Shown: positions 1 to 8,800 of the stretch, one piece after another
Layout: every line of letters begins with the position of its first letter
Position numbering within the stretch: position 1 is the first letter of the stretch
From: an uncultured Eubacteriales bacterium
GTDB taxonomy: Bacteria > Bacillota > Clostridia > Oscillospirales > CAG-272
Reading direction: 5' to 3'
Length of the DNA: 64,000 nucleotides
Assembly: GCA_958414825.1 (NCBI GenBank)
Contig: CATYXQ010000001.1
Span: 6,401 to 70,400 of the forward strand
Translations under genes and position numbers: made by a program
The notes under the pieces: model-generated
What the model was told of the DNA's origin: nothing
Databases searched by the model: none
What the model saw: the letters and a program-made list of their open reading frames with translations, nothing else

Positions 1-1502
1 AAAACAGTTCGCTTTGCGACTATTTCACGGCCGACAACGACGTGATTGAATACAGAACGCAAAATTTTGCGGATATGCTCCGCTGCCCGGAAATTTCCGA
101 GACCTTTGTCAAAGTACTGCCCGTACTTTCGGACATCAACGAACTGCGCCGCATGAGCGCGGCTGCCGACCGCACAACAGACGAATATTTGCTTTCTCTT
201 TCTGAGGTGGAACTCTACATATCCGCCATAGAAATCCTGCACGCGGGACTCACGGCAGTCCGCGATAAATTGAAAAGCCCCGCTTTTTTGTCTCTCTGCG
301 ATTATATAGAAAAAATATCCACAAGCGATTACTATAAGGAACTAAACGAAAAACTCAGTGAACTGACCAATCGCGTCCGCGATATTAAAAGCATCACCAT
401 CGGCGTCAATCTCGATTCGACACTGCGCGCCGACCGGTGCGGCGTACTCTCCATCAACCCAAAGCCCTTTAAATCGGGCGACACCATCGACAAAATCCTG
501 CGCATGAGCTTCGCAAAAGATGAATACACGCTGATCGCACCGCTGACGCCCTTTGCCAGAGGACAAAACGACAATCAGAAAACGGCCATGAGCATCGCGA
601 TTAACTCAGCTATAAACGACGTATTCAAAAGCTCTGTGCGCTCGTGGAAAAAGCTTGTGCAGTCCTATGTTCTGGACAATGCAAATTTTCTGCTTGAGGT
701 TATGCCCGAAATCGAATTTATGATCTGCGCCACCCGCCTGATGGAAGCGCTGCAAAGCCGTGGGCTTCCGCTCTGCACGCCGAAGCTGCGTCCCGCATCG
801 GAAAAGGCCTTTTCGGCAGACGGCATCTACAATCCCGCAGTGGCGCTGGCAATTGAGGAACCGAGCGTGGAAAATGACTTTGCGTTCGACGAAAACGGCC
901 GCATTTTTATTCTCACCGGCCCAAACCGCGGCGGAAAGAGCGTCATCACCTGCGCGGTTGGACTTGCGGCGGCATTCTGTCAGCTTGGTATGCTTGTACC
1001 GGCGCGCCGGTTTGTGTTCAGTCCTGCGGACGGGATCTATACGCATTTCCCGACCGAGAGCGGCGACACGGTGGACAAGGGCAGACTCGGCGAGGAATGC
1101 GCGCGTCTGAACAGCATTTTTGAGAACTGTACCGATCAATCCATTATCCTGCTTGACGAGTCGCTTTCCTCTACAGGCGCCTATGAAGCGGCCTATATCG
1201 CAGCCGAAGTGCTGCTTGGATTTGCCAAAATCGGATGCCGCACACTGTTTTCCACACATCTCCATGCGCTTGCGGCGCGCGTAGACGAACTCAATGCGGA
1301 ATCAGATGCATTCGGCGGCGCAAAGCTGGACACGCTTACCGCAAAAATAGAGAGCGACGGCGCGCGTTCATTTAAAATTCTGCGCCAGACTCCGGACGGG
1401 AAATCCTACGCAAAAGACATTGCCGAAAAATACGGGCTTTCTCTTGAAAAAATCACCGATACGATCGAAAGGAAGAACAGTCATGGACAAAAAGATTCTT
1501 GA
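1..1502 (+). CDS. MutS-family ATPase (MutS domain V type) protein; 5' end lies outside the window
   Basis: The frame of ORF 42..1502 stays open back to base 3. Walker A is FILTGPNRGGKSV, Walker B is IILLDESLSSTG, and the STHLH motif is typical of the MutS C-terminal ATPase. Confidence 0.8.
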   Translation, partial: NSSLCDYFTADNDVIEYRTQNFADMLRCPEISETFVKVLPVLSDINELRRMSAAADRTTDEYLLSLSEVELYISAIEILHAGLTAVRDKLKSPAFLSLCDYIEKISTSDYYKELNEKLSELTNRVRDIKSITIGVNLDSTLRADRCGVLSINPKPFKSGDTIDKILRMSFAKDEYTLIAPLTPFARGQNDNQKTAMSIAINSAINDVFKSSVRSWKKLVQSYVLDNANFLLEVMPEIEFMICATRLMEALQSRGLPLCTPKLRPASEKAFSADGIYNPAVALAIEEPSVENDFAFDENGRIFILTGPNRGGKSVITCAVGLAAAFCQLGMLVPARRFVFSPADGIYTHFPTESGDTVDKGRLGEECARLNSIFENCTDQSIILLDESLSSTGAYEAAYIAAEVLLGFAKIGCRTLFSTHLHALAARVDELNAESDAFGGAKLDTLTAKIESDGARSFKILRQTPDGKSYAKDIAEKYGLSLEKITDTIERKNSHGQKDS

Positions 1503-1962
1503 GCTTTTAGAACAGGACGGCAGACTGACCGCCAAGCAGCTTTCGCTGATGCTCTCCAAGGAAGAAGGCGAAATCAAGGCGCTGATCGAAAAATTTGAAG
1601 CGGAGGGTGTAATCCTCGGCTACAAGGCCATTATAGACTGGGACAAAACCGACCGCGAATATGCGACCGCGCTGATCGAATTGAAAGTCACCCCCCAGTA
1701 CAACCGCGGCTTTGACGCCATCGCCGAGCGTATTTACAACTACCCGGAGGTGCAGAGCGTCTATCTGATGTCCGGCGCCTATGATCTGTGCGTGATTCTG
1801 GAGGGCAAAACAATCCGCGAGGTTGCGCTCTTTGTCGCCCAGCGCCTCGCGCCGCTGGAAGCTGTGCTCTCCACCTCGACGCATTTCGTTCTGCGCAAAT
1901 ACAAAGATAAAGGCGTTATTTACGGACCGGTCAGCTTTGACGAGCGAGGCAACTGCAACTGA
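1483..1962 (+). CDS. Lrp/AsnC-family transcriptional regulator (AlaR-like context)
   Basis: MDKKILELLEQDGRLTAKQLS is an HTH followed by an RAM-like domain. ATG 1483 is preceded by AAAGGAAG. The stop overlaps the next gene's ATG (ATGA at 1960-1964). Confidence 0.85.
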   Translation: MDKKILELLEQDGRLTAKQLSLMLSKEEGEIKALIEKFEAEGVILGYKAIIDWDKTDREYATALIELKVTPQYNRGFDAIAERIYNYPEVQSVYLMSGAYDLCVILEGKTIREVALFVAQRLAPLEAVLSTSTHFVLRKYKDKGVIYGPVSFDERGNCN

Positions 1963-3131
1963 TGGAATACGGAAAGTTATTGTCTGAAAAGGTGCAGACT
2001 ATCAAACCATCGGGCATACGTAAATTCTTTGACATGCTGGGCGACCGTAAGGACGTCATTTCGCTGACCGTTGGACAGCCCGATTTTCCGACACCTTATC
2101 ATATTTCCAACGCCGCTGTGGAGTCGATTACGAAAAACAAAACCTACTATACCTCCAACAGCGGTCTGCTCGAACTTCGCGAAGGCATTTCCGCCTATCT
2201 TTCACGCCGTTTCGATCTCCATTACTGCGGCGCGGATGAAATCTTTGTTACGGTAGGCGGCAGCGAGGCCATTGATATGGCTTTTCGTTCTATTCTGAAT
2301 CCCGGCGACGAAGTTATCGTGCCCGAACCCTGCTTTGTCTGCTATGCGCCGCTGATTAAAATGATGGGCGGTGTTCCGGTACCGTTGTATACAAAGGTCG
2401 AAGATCGCTTCAAAATCACCCCCGAAAAGTTGCGTCCTCTGATTACAGAGCGAACAAAAGCGCTTGTGCTCTCCTATCCGAACAATCCGACCGGCGCCGT
2501 TATGACGCGCGCGGATTTGGAAGCGCTGCTTCCTGTACTCAAAACGCGCGACTTTTTTATCATCTCGGATGAAATCTACGCCGAACTGACCTATAACGCG
2601 CCGCACTGCTCTATCGCTTCGCTTGAAAACATGAAAGAGCGCACCATCATGATCAACGGTTTTTCCAAAGCCTATGCCATGACCGGCTGGCGGCTCGGGT
2701 ATATCGCAGCGCCTGCGCCGGTCATCAAGCAGATGCTCAAGCTTCATCAGTACGCGATCATGTGCGCCTCCACAGCCTCACAGTTTGCGGGAGTAGAGGC
2801 GATCAACCACGGAGATGAAGACATTCAGCGCATGAAAGAACAGTACAATTTTCGGCGTACATATGTCCTCAAGCGCCTGAGAAACATGGGGCTTGATTGC
2901 TTTGAACCAGAGGGAGCATTTTATGTTTTTCCCTGCATAGACGGATTCGGAATGACCAGCGACCAATTCTGTGAGCGTTTGATCGAAGAAAAAAAGATTG
3001 CCATTGTGCCGGGCAGCGCGTTCGGTTCAGGGAGCGAGGGCTTTGCCCGCATCTCTTACGCATACTCGATCGAGCATCTGGAAATCGCACTCGACCGGCT
3101 TGAAGAATTTGTAAAGGAGCACCGAGCATGA
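1962..3131 (+). CDS. Class I/II PLP-dependent aminotransferase (AspC/AlaT-like)
   Basis: 389 aa with the PLP-lysine motif SKAYAMTGWRLGY, plus NPTG and PDFPTP motifs. Pairing with an Lrp regulator resembles B. subtilis alaR-alaT. Confidence 0.9.
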   Translation: MEYGKLLSEKVQTIKPSGIRKFFDMLGDRKDVISLTVGQPDFPTPYHISNAAVESITKNKTYYTSNSGLLELREGISAYLSRRFDLHYCGADEIFVTVGGSEAIDMAFRSILNPGDEVIVPEPCFVCYAPLIKMMGGVPVPLYTKVEDRFKITPEKLRPLITERTKALVLSYPNNPTGAVMTRADLEALLPVLKTRDFFIISDEIYAELTYNAPHCSIASLENMKERTIMINGFSKAYAMTGWRLGYIAAPAPVIKQMLKLHQYAIMCASTASQFAGVEAINHGDEDIQRMKEQYNFRRTYVLKRLRNMGLDCFEPEGAFYVFPCIDGFGMTSDQFCERLIEEKKIAIVPGSAFGSGSEGFARISYAYSIEHLEIALDRLEEFVKEHRA

Positions 3132-3334
3132 CCCGGGAAAAAATCGACCGCATCAATTTTTTGGCCAGAAAAGCACGCGATACCGGGCTGACCGAAGCGG
3201 AAAAAGAAGAACAGGCCGATCTCCGCAGCGAATATATCGGCGAAATCCGCGTATCTTTCAGCAAAACGCTGGAACATACGGTCATCAAACGGCCGGACGG
3301 CAGCATCGAACCCCTGAAAAAGAAAAGAGACTGA
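3128..3334 (+). CDS. DUF896 (UPF0291, YnzC-like) small protein
   Basis: 68 aa. IDRINFLARKARDTGLTEAEKEEQADLRSEY matches my memory of the DUF896 family. There is an ATGA overlap with the aminotransferase stop. Confidence 0.7.
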   Translation: MTREKIDRINFLARKARDTGLTEAEKEEQADLRSEYIGEIRVSFSKTLEHTVIKRPDGSIEPLKKKRD

Positions 3335-3389
3335 ATACAAGGCCGATACGCATAAGGAAAGAATCACCGCGTAAGGAGGAATAAGCCCC

Positions 3390-5423
3390 ATGACGGATAG
3401 ATTAGACGGTTTGAGCATGGATATTGAGGCCGAGAACAAGGCGCGTTTACAGACCGTTTTCCCGGAGTGCTTCACCGAGGGCAAATTAGACATTGACAAG
3501 CTGCTTTCCCTTTGCGGCGAGTATATCACGGACGATTTTGAGAAATACGAATTCAAATGGAAAGGCAAAAGCGATTGCCTGCGGATGGCACAGCGGCGCA
3601 GTACGGCGACCCTGCGCCCCTGTCCGTCCGAGAGCGTGAATTTTGACACGACGCAAAACCTGTATATCGAGGGCGATAATTTAGAGGTTTTGAAGCTGCT
3701 GCAAAAATCCTATTTCCGCAAGGTGAAGATGATCTACATCGACCCGCCGTATAACACGGGAAACGATTTTGTGTATGAGGACGATTTTGCCGACCCCATG
3801 CGGCGGTATGTGGAGGTTACGCAGCAGACCACAAAGAGCAATCCCGAAACCATGGGACGGTATCACACCAACTGGCTGAACATGATGTACCCCCGCCTGC
3901 GGCTTGCGGCTAACCTTCTGCGGGACGACGGGGCTATTTTTATTTCTATTGATGATAACGAGATTGCAAATCTCCGAAAAGTATGTGATGAGGTTTTTGG
4001 AGAAGAAAATTTTATCGCTTGCCTGGTATATGACAAGAACAGAAAAAACGACGCAAAGTATTTTTCTGTTGGACATGAATACATGCTTGTCTATTTCAAA
4101 AGTGCGGCTACAATGAATGAGCGTGGCGTTATTTTGAGAATGACAAAAGAAGGCATAGACGAGGTAAAATCGGAGTTTGAGCGTCTGAGGGTAGAATACA
4201 ATAATGATTGGGAAAAAGTAAACAATGGATTAAAAAGCCTATACGCCTCATGGAGTAAAGATGACCCGCGTAAATCATTAGCACGTTTTACAAAGGTTGA
4301 CGAAAAAGGCCCCTACCGTGACGATGGAAATATTAGTTGGCCTGGTGGCGGAGGACCGCGTTATGACGTTATCCACCCCATCACTCATAAACTTTGCAAA
4401 GTCCCGTCAAGAGGATGGATCTATCCCAATCCGCAGAGAATGAAAGAAGAAATTGAGCGAGGGCGGGTTGTATTTGGACAAGATGAGACAACCACACCAC
4501 GAATAAGGACTAATCTTTTTGAGGCTGATAAAGAAGTTATGCGTAGTGTACATTTTAGCTATGCACAAATCGTGTCACAGACCTTTAATGCCATATTTAA
4601 TAACAAACGCATTTTTGAAAACCCCAAAAGTATAGATGATATTAAAAAACTCGTAGAATATATTACTGCAAAAAATGATGGCGACATCATTCTTGACTTT
4701 TTCTCCGGCTCTGCGACCACTGCCCACGCAGTCATGCAGCTTAACGCCGAGGACGGAGGCAACCGCCGTTTTATTATGGTGCAGCTGCCCGAAGTGTGCG
4801 ACGAGAAAAGCGAAGCATTTAAGGCGGGCTATTCCAACATTTGCGAGATCGGCAAAGAGCGCATACGGCGTGCTGGCGCACGCCTGAGTTTGGAGTGTGG
4901 AGTTAGGAGGGAGGAGTTAAACGAAAACAACTCCACACTTCACACTCCAACCCCCACACTGGACACAGGCTTTAAGGTATTCAAATTAGACACGTCCAAC
5001 ATGAAGCTGTGGGACGACGCCCCCATACCGGACGGCGACGTTGCGACGCTCTTTGAACGTATTGACGGACATATTGACGGATTGAAGCCTGACCGCAGCG
5101 ACGCAGATTTGATTTATGAAATCCTCTTGAAGATGGGCTATCCTTTAACCTGCCCGCTTACAGCGTTCAGGTTAAGTGTGGAGTGTGAAGTGTGGGGTGT
5201 GGAGTTGGAGAGCGATAAAACTCAAAACTCCACCCTCCAAACTCCAAACTATTCCATGCTCATTTGCTTGCAGGAGGGCGTCACCGCCGAGCATATCGAG
5301 CAAATGGCCGCCCTGTCCCCGCAAAAAATCGTCCTTGCCGGACGCGGCCTTGCGGACAGCAGCGCAAAGGCGAACGCCTTTTATCTGTTGGAAAACAGGG
5401 GGATTGAGTTGAAAACCATATGA
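3390..5423 (+). CDS. mod: Type III restriction-modification methyltransferase (Mod, N6-adenine, beta class)
   Basis: Motif IV is IYIDPPYNTGNDF and motif I is ILDFFSGSATTAHAV, in the order IV-TRD-I. RBS AAGGAGGAA at 3374-3382. The gene lies upstream of a Res helicase-nuclease. Confidence 0.9.
   Translation: MTDRLDGLSMDIEAENKARLQTVFPECFTEGKLDIDKLLSLCGEYITDDFEKYEFKWKGKSDCLRMAQRRSTATLRPCPSESVNFDTTQNLYIEGDNLEVLKLLQKSYFRKVKMIYIDPPYNTGNDFVYEDDFADPMRRYVEVTQQTTKSNPETMGRYHTNWLNMMYPRLRLAANLLRDDGAIFISIDDNEIANLRKVCDEVFGEENFIACLVYDKNRKNDAKYFSVGHEYMLVYFKSAATMNERGVILRMTKEGIDEVKSEFERLRVEYNNDWEKVNNGLKSLYASWSKDDPRKSLARFTKVDEKGPYRDDGNISWPGGGGPRYDVIHPITHKLCKVPSRGWIYPNPQRMKEEIERGRVVFGQDETTTPRIRTNLFEADKEVMRSVHFSYAQIVSQTFNAIFNNKRIFENPKSIDDIKKLVEYITAKNDGDIILDFFSGSATTAHAVMQLNAEDGGNRRFIMVQLPEVCDEKSEAFKAGYSNICEIGKERIRRAGARLSLECGVRREELNENNSTLHTPTPTLDTGFKVFKLDTSNMKLWDDAPIPDGDVATLFERIDGHIDGLKPDRSDADLIYEILLKMGYPLTCPLTAFRLSVECEVWGVELESDKTQNSTLQTPNYSMLICLQEGVTAEHIEQMAALSPQKIVLAGRGLADSSAKANAFYLLENRGIELKTI
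4888..4951 (+). repeat. Palindromic element copy 1 (G arm 4888-4904, C arm 4929-4951), in-frame inside mod
   Basis: GTTTGGAGTGTGGAGTT ... AACTCCACACTTCACACTCCAAC. The arms are reverse complements. It is translated as LECGV...NSTLHTP. Confidence 0.8.
5175..5250 (+). repeat. Palindromic element copy 2 (G arm 5175-5206, C arm 5226-5250), in-frame inside mod
   Basis: AGTGTGGAGTGTGAAGTGTGGGGTGTGGAGTT ... AACTCCACCCTCCAAACTCCAAACT. It is translated as VECEVWGVE...NSTLQTPN. Confidence 0.8.
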
Positions 5424-5454
5424 GTTTGGAGTGTTGAGAGTGGAGTGTGGAGTT
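5424..5454 (+). repeat. Palindromic element copy 3, left (G) arm, directly after the mod stop
   Basis: GTTTGGAGTGTTGAGAGTGGAGTGTGGAGTT. Its reverse-complement partner is at 5798-5821. Confidence 0.8.
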
Positions 5455-5455
5455 T

Positions 5456-5863
5456 ATGGAACAGGAAAAAACCATACGATACAAAAGTAAACTGTTCGCT
5501 GTTCGTATCGTGAAACTCTATCGGTATTTGTGCGAGGAAAAGAAAGAATTTGTTTTGTCCAAGCAGCTTTTACGAAGCGGAACAAGCATTGGCGCAAATA
5601 TCGCGGAAAGCGAATGTGCAATCAGCAGGAAAGACTTTTTAAGTAAAGTATATATTGCGCTGAAAGAATGTGCGGAAACACTTTATTGGTTAGAACTGCT
5701 TTTTGATACAGACTATCTGACCAAACGGGAGTATCTTTCCTTGAAAAATGATTGCGAGGAAATGAGAAAAATGATGTCGTCAACCACCAGAACCATGAAC
5801 TCCACACTCCACACTCCAAACTTGCGAACGAGGGAGGAACGACCGAGTGAAGCTAAAGTTTAA
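5456..5863 (+). CDS. Four-helix-bundle protein (23S rRNA intervening-sequence protein family, Avd-like)
   Basis: LSKQLLRSGTSIGANIAESECAISRKDFLSKVYIALKECAETLYWLELL is the family signature as I recall it. About 40% GC by eye, against about 57% in the flanks. ATG 5456 is preferred over the track's GTG 5447. The C-terminal tail is encoded by the right arm of the repeat. Confidence 0.85.
   Translation: MEQEKTIRYKSKLFAVRIVKLYRYLCEEKKEFVLSKQLLRSGTSIGANIAESECAISRKDFLSKVYIALKECAETLYWLELLFDTDYLTKREYLSLKNDCEEMRKMMSSTTRTMNSTLHTPNLRTREERPSEAKV
5798..5821 (+). repeat. Palindromic element copy 3, right (C) arm
   Basis: AACTCCACACTCCACACTCCAAAC is the reverse complement of the outer and inner parts of 5424-5454. 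Confidence 0.8.
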
Positions 5864-8800
5864 GCAGCAGGACTTCCAGACCGACGCGGTAAACGCAGTT
5901 TGCTCCCTCTTTGACGGTCAGAAACGGCAGACTTCCGCCTTCAGCATGGAGCAAAGCGGCGGGCAGATAGAACTGTTCGCAAGCGTGGGCATTTCAAATG
6001 CCCTCTGTATAGACGACAGACGCATCATCGAAAATATGCACATGGTGCAGAGAAAGAACGGGTTGCCGTTGACAGATCTGTACAGTGTGGGGGGTGAAGC
6101 TAAGAGTGAGGCGTTAAAAGAAAACGGCTCCACACTTCACACTCCAAATTCCAAACTACTGAAAACTGCCCCACAGTTTTCAGTGGAAATGGAAACCGGG
6201 ACGGGAAAAACCTATGTCTACACAAAAACCATTTACGAATTGAACCGCCTGTATGGGTTTACAAAATTTATCGTCGTCGTCCCCAGCGTGGCAATACGCG
6301 AGGGCGTCTATAAATCCTTGCAGACGACAGAAGAACACTTTTCCGCGCTCTATGACAACGCGCCTTGCCGCTATTTTATCTACAACAGCGCGAAGCTGTC
6401 CGACGTGCGGCAGTTTGCCACAAGCGCCAATATTGAAATTATGATTATCAATATCGACGCGTTCCGCAAAGCGGAAAACGTGATAAATCAACAGCAGGAC
6501 AAGCTGAACGGCGACGCGGCCATCAGCTTCATACAGGCCACCCGCCCGATCGTCATCATCGACGAGCCGCAGAGCGTAGATAATACCCAAAAGGCAAAAG
6601 ACGCGATTGCGTCCCTTGCGCCCCTTTGCGTGTTCCGATACTCCGCGACCCACCGGGAAAAAGTCAATCTGCTCTACCGCCTGACCCCCGTTGACGCTTA
6701 CCAAATGGGGCTTGTCAAGCAGATATGCGTATCGAGCAACCAATCGGCGGGCGGCTTTAACAAACCGTATATCAAGCTGCTTTCCGTTTCCAATGAGGAC
6801 GGATTTCGGGCGCGGCTTGAAATCGACGTTCAGGGAAAAGACGGAAAAGTGAGCCGCAGAGCCGTTACCGTCAAACAGGGCGCGGATCTGCACAAGCTGT
6901 CCGGCTGCCGCAGCTTGTATGAAAACTACGCCGTTTCGGGCATTGACTGTACGCCGGGAATGGAGCAGATAGAGCTATCCAATACCGACGTGGTACGGTT
7001 AGGACGCGCCATAGGCGACATAGACGAAAACCTTATCAAGCGTATGCAGATACGCCGGACGATTGAAGCGCATTTAGACAAAGAATTACGCTACACCGAA
7101 AAGGGTATCAAAGTTCTGTCCCTGTTCTTTATTGACGAAGTAAAAAAATACCGCGACCCGACGGGCGGCAAAGGCGTTTACGCGCGGATGTTCGAGGAAT
7201 TATACGCGGAATTGATTGCCCTGCCAAAGTATGCGGAATTACGCCGACGCTTTCCCGCCGACGCGCAGCGCGTCCATGACGGATATTTTTCGCAGGACAA
7301 AAAAGGCCGCTATAAGGACACCAGGGGCGACACGCAGGACGACGCCAGCACCTACAACACCATTATGAAAGATAAGGAATGGTTGCTCAGCTTTGACTGC
7401 CCCTTGCGCTTTATCTTCTCGCATTCCGCGTTAAAAGAAGGTTGGGACAATCCGAATGTCTTTCAAGTCTGTACGCTGATCGAGCAAAAAAGCACCTTGA
7501 CCGCAAGGCAAAAGGTAGGACGCGGCTTGCGTCTTTGCGTCAACCAGGACGGGGAACGTATCGAGGATAGAAATATCAATCTTTTGCACGTTATGGCAAA
7601 TGAAAGTTTTGCGGAGTTTGCCGACACGCTGCAAAAAGAGATTGAGGAAGAAACAGGGGTTAAGTTTGGTATTTTGCAGCTTGATCTGTTCAGCGGCATG
7701 GTTGTCCCGCAACAAGTTGAGGTAGTATGGAGTGTGGAACGTGAAGTGTGGAGTATTCCAACTGACGTTCAGGCGCAATTAACCTCCGAAGAAACCGAAA
7801 AGATAATTGCGCAAGCGGAAAAGGCACATTCAGCCGCTGATAACTCCACTCTCAACACTTCCTCCACACAGCGCGAAACCGTTACGGTTGAGCGTACACT
7901 GACCTACGACGACGCGCAGCGGCTTATGAGCCACTTTGAGAACAAGGGCTATATCACGAAATCCGGCAAAATCAAAGACAGCATGAAAAACGCCGTGCGG
8001 GACGGTACGCTTGACCTGCCCCCGAAATTTGAAACGGCGCGCTCACAGCTTATAGCCGCCATACGCAGAGCCGACGCAAAGCCGCCTGTCCGGGACGCTT
8101 CCCGCGACGTTACGGTGAGGCTGAAAAAGGAAGTTGCCGTTTCGCCGGAATTTTTGGCGTTATGGGACAAGATAAAGCAAAAAACCACATACCGCGTCCA
8201 GATAGACGAAGCCGAATTGATACGCCGGAGCGTCGCCGCCTTGCAAAGCATGGAGCCGATACCCAAAGCGCGGATCATTACGCAGACCGCAGATATTGGG
8301 ATCGACCGCCCCGGCGTAACCTACGCCGAGCGCAGCATTAAGACCGCCGACCTTGCGGACAGCTATTCTTCCCTGCCGAATATCCTTGCTATCCTTGACG
8401 AACAGACGTTGGCGCGCCGCAGCGTGATAGCGGAAATCCTGAAGCAAAGCGGCAGAGGACAGGACTTTTTGAATAATCCGCAGATGTTCATAGAAAGCGC
8501 CGCCGCGATTATCCGGGACGCTTGTTATTCCCTTGCTATCGACGGTATCAGCTATAAGAAGCTGTACGGCGCAGAATACTATGTGCAGGAGATTTTCGAC
8601 AGCGCGGAACTTATCGCAAATCTTGATCGAAACGCCGTAGCCGTAGACCACAGCGTATATGACTATATCGTTTATGACAGCGCGATAGAAAACCGCTTTG
8701 CCCTTGACCTTGACAACGACCCGGATGTAAAGATGTTTTTCAAATTGCCAAGCCGTTTCCAAGTAAACACGCCCATAGGCACATATAATCCCGACTGGGC

